Assembly: GCA_963828165.1 (NCBI GenBank)
Contig: CAWHDR010000001.1
Coordinates: forward strand, 640,001 to 704,000
Origin: an uncultured Chloroflexia bacterium
Lineage (GTDB): Bacteria; Chloroflexota; Limnocylindria; Limnocylindrales; CSP1-4
Length of the DNA stretch: 64,000 nt
Direction: 5' to 3'
In this document: positions 48,916 through 58,028 of the stretch, one piece after another
How positions within the stretch are numbered: position 1 is the first letter of the stretch
Layout of the letters: every line of letters starts with the position of its first letter
Made by a program: the position numbers and the translations under genes
Notes under the pieces: generated by a model
Told to the model about the DNA's origin: nothing
What the model saw: the letters and a program-made list of their open reading frames with translations, nothing else
The model's database searches: none

Positions 48916-49755
48916 TCACACCAGCAGGCCGAAGCCGAAGTACAAGCCCGCCGCCAGGATCGTGCCGGCCGCGATCGTGCCGACATTGATGTACAGGAGC
49001 CCCGTCGCAGACTCCATCGAGCGGGTCTCGGCCGTCTTGACGGCTGCCCAGCAGACGATCAATGGGAACACGAGCCCGACGATCAAGCGCAGCCAGACGA
49101 ACAGCGCCAGGTCGCCGGTGAGGGCCCCGAACGGCGCGCCGCCCGCGGGTCCGGCACCCGATCCGACCCATGCCACGAACAGGACGAGCTGCACGCAAAC
49201 GACGGCGAGCAGCGTGCGCGACAGCAGGAGCAGGGGCGCCTCCGGGAGCTTCGGTGTGACGAGATACCAGTGGCCCAGGATCATCGCTGCGAAGACGCCA
49301 CCGGTCGCGGCAGTCAGCGCGGTCAACTCGACCAGCAGACCCAGCGTCCCGAGCGATCCGCCGCCCCAGGCGAGTGCGCCGCACGTGAGCGTCAGGATCC
49401 CGGCCGCCAGCGCGAGCAGCTCCAACGGTCCGGCGACATCTGGACGGATCCGGCGGGCGACGAGCGCCAGCGCCGCCACCGCGCAGAATGCCAGCAGGGC
49501 GGCCCGCCGCGGGGCGTCCCACGTCACGTCGAGCGCGACCGGCGACGCGCCGAGCGACGAGGGGAGCGCACCGTCACTCAACCATGCGAGCACCCCGAAG
49601 CCGACCGCGCAGGCCGCCGCAAATGCGAGGAAGCCGCCCGTCGCACTCGAGCGCCGCCGGAGCAGGACGACAGCGGCGTACGAGCCCAGGGCGAGACCGG
49701 TCAGCACGGTCCAGTTGATGAACGCGAGGTTCTGGGCGATCTGCGCGGCGGGCAC
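48916..49755 (-). CDS. Polytopic membrane protein with LGHWYL motif
   Basis: About 8 hydrophobic segments; AMILGHWYLVTPKL, SATGLLY; start at GTG 49755. Confidence 0.75.
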   Translation of the reverse strand: MPAAQIAQNLAFINWTVLTGLALGSYAAVVLLRRRSSATGGFLAFAAACAVGFGVLAWLSDGALPSSLGASPVALDVTWDAPRRAALLAFCAVAALALVARRIRPDVAGPLELLALAAGILTLTCGALAWGGGSLGTLGLLVELTALTAATGGVFAAMILGHWYLVTPKLPEAPLLLLSRTLLAVVCVQLVLFVAWVGSGAGPAGGAPFGALTGDLALFVWLRLIVGLVFPLIVCWAAVKTAETRSMESATGLLYINVGTIAAGTILAAGLYFGFGLLV

Positions 49756-49825
49756 GGCGCCAGTGTAGGCGGGTGACTCGCATCGGCACGAAGGCGGGCA
49801 GGCGTTGCCGACGCTCGGCGTGGCC

Positions 49826-50893
49826 TCAGGGATCGGCCTCGAACGCCACGCCGACGAGCTTCGCGGTGAGGCCATCGCTGATCGGTGGAGCCCCCGGATA
49901 CTCCGTGTCGAACCCGCGCGTCTGGCCCGGACCCAGCCGCCCGACATCGCTCGGGTCGTACACAGCTCCGAGTGGCCGTCCGTCCTGGGTGAGGACGAGG
50001 GCGCCGGCCATCACCCAGCGGGTCGCGGTCGTGCCCTCGTTCCGGACCCGGCCGGTCACGCGCAGCCCGCCGCCGACGCCGATCGCGGCACGCAGGTCGC
50101 TGACCTCGAGGGTGCCGGCGAGGGGATCCGTAGCCTCCGCGTGCACGTCGGTCTCCACCCTATCCGAGTCGGTCGGATCCACGAACGCGACGCTGACCGT
50201 GTCGACCAGGTAGCCGGTCTCACCCGGCGCGATCGCTGCCGGGAGGGCGGCGGTGAAGATGCCGCCGGCGATTTCCTGGTCATCGGGGTTGACGATCCGA
50301 TAGCTGCTGATCGAGAGCGGCAGCCGGATCCAGCGCTCGTCGTCATTCCGGACGGGCTGGATGATCTGCATGCGCGTCTCCCCGTACGGCCCCTCCCACG
50401 TGCGCACCGCGACCCGTCCCAGGGTCATCGCGGGTTCGCCCTGCGCCACGGCGCTCGGCGTGGATGGGGCCGGGGTGTTCGGGGAGGTCGGGCTCGCCGA
50501 TGGGGCCTGGGATGCCCGTCCAGACGGGACTGGCGCGGATGCACGTGCCTCCGGGCTGCTGTCGCCGGGACCCAGTCCGGTCACCCCCTGGACCGCACCG
50601 TCACCCGACGGCCCGAGAAGGGTCGGCAGCAGCGCCGAGCCGAGGAGCGCGACCACCGTGAGCCCGCTGATGACGGCGACGGCCGGACCTCGCCCGCGGA
50701 TCGATCGCGAGGGCCTCCAGCGTCTGGATGGAGCTGGCGTGTCGGCGCGCACTGTCGCGAGCACGGGCGCCGTCGCGAGCGCTCGACACGTCGGACACAG
50801 GTACACGCCGTCCTCCGTGCGGCGGAGACCACCGCCCTGGAGGCGCTCCAGGAACGGCGGGTAGCGGCCGCAGGATTCGCAATACCCCTTCAC
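49826..50893 (-). CDS. Zinc-ribbon, TM, Pro/Ser linker and Ig-like (FxLYD-like) membrane protein
   Basis: CESC...CPTC, TM, Pro/Ser/Ala linker, VTGRVRNEG...LGPGQTRGF; GTGA-coupled to the upstream gene. Confidence 0.65.
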   Translation of the reverse strand: MKGYCESCGRYPPFLERLQGGGLRRTEDGVYLCPTCRALATAPVLATVRADTPAPSRRWRPSRSIRGRGPAVAVISGLTVVALLGSALLPTLLGPSGDGAVQGVTGLGPGDSSPEARASAPVPSGRASQAPSASPTSPNTPAPSTPSAVAQGEPAMTLGRVAVRTWEGPYGETRMQIIQPVRNDDERWIRLPLSISSYRIVNPDDQEIAGGIFTAALPAAIAPGETGYLVDTVSVAFVDPTDSDRVETDVHAEATDPLAGTLEVSDLRAAIGVGGGLRVTGRVRNEGTTATRWVMAGALVLTQDGRPLGAVYDPSDVGRLGPGQTRGFDTEYPGAPPISDGLTAKLVGVAFEADP

Positions 50894-52236
50894 GGCCGCC
50901 GCGCGCTCCAGCGGATCGCCGCGAGACCGAGTCCGCCCACGACGAACGCGAGGCCGAGCACGATCGCGATCCACGGAATGCTCTCCGGGGCACTCCGCGA
51001 CGCGTGGTGAAGCGTCGCATCCGTCGGCGGGACCTCCTTGACATCGGTGAACCGGTCCGGGAACTGGTTGGCGATGGCCGTGCCCAGCGCGTCCCCGACC
51101 TCGAACATCTGGGCGTACGCCTCGCGGGTGACCGCGACGGTTCGCTCGTGGTCGCCGGCCGCGGCGGCATCCACCTGGTTGATCAGGGCGGTGACGTGGT
51201 GGCTGATCATGGCCTCGAGGTCCGCCACGGCCAGCGCCGGGATCGCGGCGTTCAGGAACTCGGCGAGGGCGGTGTGATAGGTGTGGAGCGATGCCAGGGC
51301 ATCGGCGCGGGCGGCCTCATCGCCTTCGCGGACCGCCTCGATGTAGGCGAGGTAGGTCGTGATGTGGCGACTCCACAGCTCGTCGAAGGCCGACCCCGCG
51401 TCGGCCCCGAAGATCCGTCCGATGGCGGCGGCCAGGTCCTTGCCGTTGGCGTCGAGGCTGGCAGCCGAAGCGGCCATGTCCGCGCGCTCCGCGAGGCCTG
51501 CCCGCATGGCTTCCGCGGCCACGACCAGGTGCTCACCAAGCAGTCGCCCAAGGTCCAGGCGCAGCGAGGCGCGCGGACTGAATGCGACCGAGCCATCGGG
51601 ATAATGGTCCGGGAACTGCGCGATGATCGCGCGCGCCAGGTCGTCGCCGAAATCGAACATGTGCGCGTAGGCGGCACGTTCGGTCGCGAAGGACTGGGCA
51701 TAGTCCATGCCCACGAACGAGGTGAGCTGGTCCAGGTGCAGCTGCAGGGCGTGCGATTCGGCGTCACCGGAGATCTTCGGATTGGCGGCGGTCAGGAACT
51801 TGCCGAAATCCCTCCGGTATCGCTGCAGGGTCGCGAGGGCCGCATCGGCCGCCGCCGCGTTCCCCGCGGCCGTCGCGCGGGACCAATCGATGAGGGCATC
51901 GATGTGCTGCTGCCAGATCGGCACGAATGCTTTGACGCCGGCGCTGCCGTACACGTGCGCCAGCGCGTCCCGCAAAGCGACGGTGTTGGCCGTCAGGCCG
52001 CTGTTCAGCGCGGTGAAATCCGGGCGCCCCTCCGACGCTGCCCGCATCGCCTCCATCACGAGGAACGCGTGTTCGCCGAGCAGCCGGCCAAGGGCGATGC
52101 GCAGGTCGGCGGAAGCGCGTGTCGTCGGGCTCGCCTCGGCAATGGGACGCCGGTAGTCGACCGAGGCCCCGACTGGTGCAACAAGGGCAAAGGACAGGGC
52201 GATCGCAGCGATCGCCCCAGTAACGCGCGATGCCAT
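50890..52236 (-). CDS. Secreted, C-terminally anchored protein with two tandem His-rich helical domains
   Basis: Signal peptide; LGRLLGEH...W..HI...H..AI..QFPD domain present twice; VPPTDA, TM and basic tail; GGAG RBS. Confidence 0.8.
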   Translation of the reverse strand: MASRVTGAIAAIALSFALVAPVGASVDYRRPIAEASPTTRASADLRIALGRLLGEHAFLVMEAMRAASEGRPDFTALNSGLTANTVALRDALAHVYGSAGVKAFVPIWQQHIDALIDWSRATAAGNAAAADAALATLQRYRRDFGKFLTAANPKISGDAESHALQLHLDQLTSFVGMDYAQSFATERAAYAHMFDFGDDLARAIIAQFPDHYPDGSVAFSPRASLRLDLGRLLGEHLVVAAEAMRAGLAERADMAASAASLDANGKDLAAAIGRIFGADAGSAFDELWSRHITTYLAYIEAVREGDEAARADALASLHTYHTALAEFLNAAIPALAVADLEAMISHHVTALINQVDAAAAGDHERTVAVTREAYAQMFEVGDALGTAIANQFPDRFTDVKEVPPTDATLHHASRSAPESIPWIAIVLGLAFVVGGLGLAAIRWSARRP

Positions 52237-52428
52237 GGCGATCTCCAGTCGATACGCTGGGTATGTGGTGGCGCCCCCGGGAGCAAGCTCCTCGCCACGT
52301 TTGTCAGAACAAAAGTACACCGCACCGCACCTAACGTAGGCATTGCAGACTGGCTGGTGACCGTGCACGAACCGAAAGGTTCGCTGTGGGTCACGGTCCT
52401 CGAATTTGAAAAACAGGAGGTACACGCC

Positions 52429-53166
52429 ATGGGGCTCCCGGCCGGAACGACGATCACCTGGTATGGCCACTCCTGCATCCGGATCGACACCGCGGGCGGC
52501 AAGACCGTGCTCATCGACCCCTGGTTCGCGAACCCCACGAGCCCGATGTCGGCGGACGCCGTGGAACGCTGCGACCTGTTGCTGGTGACGCACGGCCACT
52601 TCGACCACATGGGCGACGCGATCGCCCTGGCCAGCCGGTTGCGACCGACCTGGCCGTGCATGCACGAGATGAGCCTGTGGCTGGCGCGCCGGTTGCCAGG
52701 CGGCGGCGATGCCGCCATCGGCATGAACAAGGGCGGCACCGTCGAGGCCGCGGGCCTGCACGTGACGATGGTGGGCGCCGATCATTCGGCGGGTGACTGG
52801 AACGCGGGCGGCGAGACCACCTTGTATCTCGGTGAGCCCGCCGGGTTCGTCGTGGAGCTCGAGGACGGCTATCGCGTGTATCACGCAGGCGACACGCAGG
52901 TCTTCGGGGACATGGCCCTGATCCGCGACCTGCACCGCCCGGACCTCGCCATGCTGCCGATCGGCGGGCACTTCACGATGGATCCCACGGCGGCCGCGCT
53001 CGCGGTGGAGCTGCTGGGCGTCAAGGATGTCGTGCCGCTCCATTACGGCACGTTCCCGATCCTGACCGGCACGCCGGACGAGTGGCGCGCCGCGCTGTCG
53101 GCGCGGGGCCTCGGCGATGTGACCGTCCACGCACCGAACCCTGGCGGATCCCTGGGCGGCGGCTGA
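52429..53166 (+). CDS. Metallo-beta-lactamase-fold metal-dependent hydrolase (UPF0173-like)
   Basis: WYGHS, IDPW, THGHFDH, YHAGDT, LPIGGHFTM, PLHYGTF; CAGGAGG RBS. Confidence 0.93.
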   Translation: MGLPAGTTITWYGHSCIRIDTAGGKTVLIDPWFANPTSPMSADAVERCDLLLVTHGHFDHMGDAIALASRLRPTWPCMHEMSLWLARRLPGGGDAAIGMNKGGTVEAAGLHVTMVGADHSAGDWNAGGETTLYLGEPAGFVVELEDGYRVYHAGDTQVFGDMALIRDLHRPDLAMLPIGGHFTMDPTAAALAVELLGVKDVVPLHYGTFPILTGTPDEWRAALSARGLGDVTVHAPNPGGSLGGG

Positions 53167-53339
53167 TCGAACGCTCGATGCGTCGGGTTGGCGGTGACAC
53201 CATTCATGTCGTCGCACACGCACACGCGGCCGGGTCGCGGATATCCCGCTGAAATGGCGCATCGCGTACCGTAGCCCTCCGGCCTGAACGGCCGGCTCAG
53301 CGCTCGCTGCGACTCGGAGGATCCTCGATCAATCCCCTG

Positions 53340-54152
53340 GTGCTCATCGTTCTCGCCGGCTGGGCTGTGGGATTCGGCCTCGCGGGCGGCTGGTATGCCG
53401 CAGCCCGCGGTCGGCGTCCCATCGTGTGGGGCCTGTTCGGTGCGATCCTGGGACCCGTGGCGCTCCTGCTTCTAGCCAAGGCGCCCCCTGGTCGTTGCAG
53501 CGTGTGCCACTCCAGGGTCCAGGGCTGGGCGTGGATCTGTGGGTGGTGCGGAAGCCCGGTCGCCACGACGGTGCCGGCAACACGCGAAGCGCTGCAGGCA
53601 AGGCCCACAGGCACGCCGGCCGCGGATCCCGCGACCGCTGCCCTGCCCGCAGCCACACTGGCTTCGCGAAACCCCGAGTACCTGCGGCGGTCGCCCAGGG
53701 TGGCCATCACGCGTTCGCCGGGTCAGCGCCCGACGGCCCGCCGCGGACGATCGGCGGTGCCCCGGGATGCCGCCGAGCAGCGCAGCATCGAGGCGTCGGC
53801 GGCGGGGCCTCCGGCGTCGGTCGAACCGGTGGAGGGTCCACGGATCCTTGCGTCGGGCGTCTTCGTGAACGGCACGGTCGGGCTGCAGATCGGCTCGCGA
53901 TACCTGATCGCGCTCGCCGACGAGCGGTTGCGGGTACTGGGTCCCGCCGATGAGGATCCGACGTCGGTCGTCTTCGAGCGGTCGGTGCACGAGATGGACG
54001 CGACCGGCTTGAATGAGCGCCTGATCCTGAACCAGCGATCGAACGCGCGAGGTGCGTCGATCCTGGCGTTCATCTCGCTCGCCGGCGGCACCCCGGAGGG
54101 CGTCGCCGAGGAAGTCGTCCAGGCCGCCCTTGCGGTCGGTGCCCAGCCGTGA
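53340..54152 (+). CDS. Hypothetical membrane protein with zinc ribbon
   Basis: Two N-terminal TMs (WGLFGAILGPVALL), CSVC..CGWC, C-terminal beta domain. Confidence 0.65.
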   Translation: MLIVLAGWAVGFGLAGGWYAAARGRRPIVWGLFGAILGPVALLLLAKAPPGRCSVCHSRVQGWAWICGWCGSPVATTVPATREALQARPTGTPAADPATAALPAATLASRNPEYLRRSPRVAITRSPGQRPTARRGRSAVPRDAAEQRSIEASAAGPPASVEPVEGPRILASGVFVNGTVGLQIGSRYLIALADERLRVLGPADEDPTSVVFERSVHEMDATGLNERLILNQRSNARGASILAFISLAGGTPEGVAEEVVQAALAVGAQP

Positions 54153-54811
54153 GCAGTTCCGCTCCCCCGCCGGCGGCCAGGCTCCGTCGGGTCCTCGGTC
54201 CGGAGGTCGTGGCGGGCCTGCTCTCCGTCGTCGTCGTAGCGGTCACCCTGCCGTTCTTGCTGCAAGCCTTGAATACCCCGATGGGCTCCATCCTGCCCGC
54301 GCCGGCTCCGTCGGCGAGCGTGGCCGGCGTCGCCCCATCGGCGAGCTCGAGCCCGGTCGCCCGACCCTCGGCAAGTGGCAGTGCCCTCCCGGCTGCAACG
54401 GCCACCGCAACGGGAGCCGAGGCGTGGGCATCGGAGGCCCGGGTCCTGGTCCAGGCGGCGTCTGGCTTGATCGAGCTGCGCGACGACCTCGCGCGGATCG
54501 TCGATGCGCGCCCGAGCCGGGCAGCCGACATCGCCCGGCAACTGCGCGCGATGAATCCGAGCCTGAGCGCGACGCTCGAGCACCTCGAGGGCATGGAGTC
54601 GAACGGTGCGCCGTCCGATCTGGTCCTAGACGTCCGGAAGCCGATTTCCAGAGCACTCGCGGCGAGCCAGGAGGCGCTGCGAGCATCGCTCCCGAACCGC
54701 GAGGCGTACCGAGCTGGTGCGGCCGAGGTGCTGGAGGCGCTGGAGAACGTCGAAGCCCTGATGGCGCGCGTCGAGAAGGAAGCGGGGTTGGACTCAGCCG
54801 CCTCGCGCTGA
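54149..54811 (+). CDS. Hypothetical membrane-anchored helical protein
   Basis: GTGA overlap, TM, Pro/Ser/Ala linker, helical C-terminus. Confidence 0.6.
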   Translation: MSSSAPPPAARLRRVLGPEVVAGLLSVVVVAVTLPFLLQALNTPMGSILPAPAPSASVAGVAPSASSSPVARPSASGSALPAATATATGAEAWASEARVLVQAASGLIELRDDLARIVDARPSRAADIARQLRAMNPSLSATLEHLEGMESNGAPSDLVLDVRKPISRALAASQEALRASLPNREAYRAGAAEVLEALENVEALMARVEKEAGLDSAASR

Positions 54812-56107
54812 CGCGGCCGGGATCGCCTGCCCGAAGCGTGCGGCCTGTTCGAACCACAGGTCGGTCGCCAGTCGTCCGGGGGGCAACCGCACATCCTCGA
54901 ACGTGATCGCCGCGTCGGTGGCGATGTCGCGAACCAGCTCCGCGCCGTCGGCCAGGCCCATCGGCAGCAGGTTCTCCGATCTCGCGGTGGCGCTGTTGTC
55001 GAGCATGCCGTAGACGGTGAATCCGCCGATCCCGTCGAGGGTCTCCCCGGACCGAAGGTCGCGCTTGGCCAGCGCGACGACCTCCGTGACCGGTGGTCCG
55101 AGTGGCGTGATGGCCGGGTCCCGGAGGAGCACGGCCCGGGCCACGGATTGGACGGTCTCGAGCGGTCCCAGGTGGAAGGGTCGGTAGAACGTGTAGACCG
55201 GCCCGTCGCCCATCTTGTAGAACTTCATGTAGTGGCGGGTCAGCGGATCCTCCTCGTAGCCCAGCACGAAGATGCCGAAGCTCGGCTCCGCGCCGATCAG
55301 GTAATCGACGATGGGTCGCTCGAGCAGCGCCTCGATGTCGAACATCTCGGGTGCCTGCTCGACCCGTTCGGCTCGCGGGCCGGCCATCCCGCGCACCGCG
55401 ACGCCGAAGCCGGTGGCGTTGGCCACGACACCCATCTCCGCGGCGATCTTGGTGCCGTCGGCGAAGGAGGTGATCATCTTGGGCCGCTGCCCGACCGCTT
55501 CCGCGAAGGCGCGCTGCGTCTCCGGTGTCCGGCGATGATCCAGGAGGCTCTTGATGTTGCCGGCCAGGATCGGCCGGAACCCGAGCAGGGTCACCTCGTC
55601 GATCAGGTCCATGATCACGGCGGGCTGGTCGCCGGCCATGTCGGTCAGGATCACGCCAGCCGCGTCGGCTCGTGTCTTCAGGAGGGGTCCAAGCGTCGAG
55701 TCGAGCTCGGCATTGATGAGGATGAGGTCCTTGCCGGCGGCGATGGTCTTGATCGCGACACCGGCGCCGAACTCGACCTCGCCGGTCGCCTCCACGATGA
55801 CATCGATCTCGCTCGCGTCCGTCAGCAATGTCGGGTCGTCCGTCACCGCCGGGCGGCCGGCCGCGATCGCCGTCCCCAGATCGGCCGCGCCATCCACGCG
55901 AACGACGTCGTCGACACCGCCGTCGCGATACGCCCGCTCGGCCTCCGAGATCGTGCGGTTCGCCACCGCGACGATGCGCATGCCGGGCGTTCGCCGCAGC
56001 ACGCGCGCAACGAAGCCACGCCCGGCAAAGCCGGCCCCGACCACCCCGACCCGGATCGGGTTTGCGGCCGACGCGCGTTCCTCGAGGGCGCGCAGGACGG
56101 CGCTCAC
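54794..56107 (-). CDS. NAD(P)-dependent oxidoreductase with C-terminal SAF domain
   Basis: VVGAGFAG Rossmann motif, GDQP, SFADGTK, YRPFHL, AKRDLRSGETLDGIGG SAF; GTG at 56107. Confidence 0.88.
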   Translation of the reverse strand: MSAVLRALEERASAANPIRVGVVGAGFAGRGFVARVLRRTPGMRIVAVANRTISEAERAYRDGGVDDVVRVDGAADLGTAIAAGRPAVTDDPTLLTDASEIDVIVEATGEVEFGAGVAIKTIAAGKDLILINAELDSTLGPLLKTRADAAGVILTDMAGDQPAVIMDLIDEVTLLGFRPILAGNIKSLLDHRRTPETQRAFAEAVGQRPKMITSFADGTKIAAEMGVVANATGFGVAVRGMAGPRAERVEQAPEMFDIEALLERPIVDYLIGAEPSFGIFVLGYEEDPLTRHYMKFYKMGDGPVYTFYRPFHLGPLETVQSVARAVLLRDPAITPLGPPVTEVVALAKRDLRSGETLDGIGGFTVYGMLDNSATARSENLLPMGLADGAELVRDIATDAAITFEDVRLPPGRLATDLWFEQAARFGQAIPAASARGG

Positions 56108-56649
56108 GCCGAGACCTCCAGGGCGAGATCGGGCCACGCTCGGTCCTTGTCCGACACGATGACGTCCTCGGTGATCGGCCACTCGATGCCCAGGGACGGG
56201 TCATCCCATCGGATGCCGCGCTCCGCGCCCGGCACGTACGGATGTGAGACCTGGTAGCTCACCTCGGCATGGTCTTCCAACGCCTGGTAGCCGTGGGCGC
56301 AGCCGGCCGGCACGAAGACCAGCGAGCGCGACTCCGCGTCGATGACGTGCCCTTGCGACTGTCCGTAGGTGGGCGAGCCTGGGCGCAGGTCGACCGCCAC
56401 GTCGAAGACGGACCCACGGGTACAGCGAAGGAGCTTCGACTCGCCGTAGGGATCCGGCTGCCAGTGCAGCCCGCGGACGGTGCCGCGATAGCGGTTGTAC
56501 GAGATGTTCGTCTGGACGTTGCGCAGGTCGACGCCCAGGTCGGCGGCCCAGGCATCGTCCCAGATCCGCGCGAAGAAGCCCCGGTCGTCGCCGATCCGCG
56601 TGAGATCCAGGAGGAAGGAGCCGTCCAGGCCGGCGGGTCGTAGCTTCAC
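56104..56649 (-). CDS. rfbC: dTDP-4-dehydrorhamnose 3,5-epimerase (RmlC) family
   Basis: DDRGFFAR, GTVRGLHWQ, DVAVDLRPGSPTYG, VPAGCAHGYQAL, SDKD. Confidence 0.92.
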   Translation of the reverse strand: MKLRPAGLDGSFLLDLTRIGDDRGFFARIWDDAWAADLGVDLRNVQTNISYNRYRGTVRGLHWQPDPYGESKLLRCTRGSVFDVAVDLRPGSPTYGQSQGHVIDAESRSLVFVPAGCAHGYQALEDHAEVSYQVSHPYVPGAERGIRWDDPSLGIEWPITEDVIVSDKDRAWPDLALEVSA

Positions 56650-57740
56650 GCGCTGGCCCCGACGGTCTTGCTCCGCTCCTCGGCCAACAGGCCTTCGCGG
56701 TAGACGGCACCGGGCGGGTCGAGCCAGTAGAACCGTTCGTCGATCTGGCGCGTCGCCAGGAGGTGCTGGATCTGCTTGATCCGGGTGTGGCCGCGGAACT
56801 CGAAGAGCTCGGTGGTCATCTGCACGGCGCGGAAGACGTCGAGGAGCTGCTGCGCGCCGCGGGCGACGTCGTAGCGGCACTCGAAACCGGGTAGTCGCTC
56901 GTGGATCTTGTCGAAGCTGGCCTTGTAATTGCGGTCGTCCCCGGTGCTGTCGCCGATGCTCAGGCGGCAATCCGGGAACGTGGACGAGATGATCTCGGCG
57001 ATCTCGCGGATCTGGTAATTCTGTTCGTTGGTTCCGACGTTGAAGATCTCGCCGTGGATGATGTCGCGCGGCGCGGCGAGCACCGACGCGATGGCCCGGC
57101 TGATGTCGAGGATGTGGACGAACGGGCGCCAGGGCCGGCCGTCGCTGTCCATGCGGATCACCTGCTCGGTCCAGGCGTGTCCCGCGAGGTCGTTGACGAC
57201 GAGATCGAACCGCTGACGCGGTGACGCGCCGAATGCCGTCGCGTTGCGCAGGAACGTCGGAGAAAAGCCATCGTCGGCCATCGGCCGGACATCGCGCTCC
57301 ACCAGGACCTTGCATTGCGCGTAGGCCGTCAGCGGGTGGACGTCGGAGGTCTCGGTGCTGAACGAGTCGCCGGCGGCGCCATACACGCTGCACGACGACA
57401 TGTAGATGAACCGCTCGACTCCGACCTCGCGCGCCAGTGTCGCCAGGCGGACGCTGCCGTGGTGATTGATCTCGAAGGTGATGTCCGGGTTGAGCTGCCC
57501 GACCGGGTCGTTCGACAGCTCAGCCAGATGGACGATGGCGTCGAAACCGCGCAGGTCATCGGCGGTGAGCTGGCGGATGTCCTTCTCGATCCATGCGGGG
57601 GCACGGTCGACACCGTTGTACAGCCAGCCGACACGATGGAAGCCCGTGTCGACGCCGACGACCTCATGGCCATGCGCCATCAGGAACGGCGTCAGCACCG
57701 TTCCGATGTACCCCTCGCTACCGGTGACGAGGACACGCAT
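56646..57740 (-). CDS. NAD-dependent sugar epimerase/dehydratase (extended SDR)
   Basis: VTGSEGYIG, HLAELSNDP, SSCSVYG, YAQCK, RFDLVVN. Confidence 0.92.
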   Translation of the reverse strand: MRVLVTGSEGYIGTVLTPFLMAHGHEVVGVDTGFHRVGWLYNGVDRAPAWIEKDIRQLTADDLRGFDAIVHLAELSNDPVGQLNPDITFEINHHGSVRLATLAREVGVERFIYMSSCSVYGAAGDSFSTETSDVHPLTAYAQCKVLVERDVRPMADDGFSPTFLRNATAFGASPRQRFDLVVNDLAGHAWTEQVIRMDSDGRPWRPFVHILDISRAIASVLAAPRDIIHGEIFNVGTNEQNYQIREIAEIISSTFPDCRLSIGDSTGDDRNYKASFDKIHERLPGFECRYDVARGAQQLLDVFRAVQMTTELFEFRGHTRIKQIQHLLATRQIDERFYWLDPPGAVYREGLLAEERSKTVGASA

Positions 57741-58028
57741 CAGGACCCCACCTTCATCAACATCGATCCACCCCCGCCGCTCCGCGGCCTCTCGCTTGCA
57801 TGCTGCGGCGCGCCGTGACACCACGTGCGTCGCGCTAGGCACGGTACCCGAACTCGAGCTTCAGGGGTTGCATCCGCGATGGAGGCCGTTGCCGTTGAGC
57901 ACCACCACGTCAACCTTCGTACGGGGCACGAACGAGACCGGCACCTATAATGCCAACCCGTTGCCCGATTCCCGATCGCCTCCCACGAGGGGGCGCGACC
58001 GCGATCATCACTGGAGTAACCAGGCAAA

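Noticed and set aside
52340-52440. ZTP (pfl) riboswitch resemblance (GACUGGC...)
   Set aside because: Lacks the GCCGxxCGCCUGGGC 3' hairpin and pseudoknot partner.
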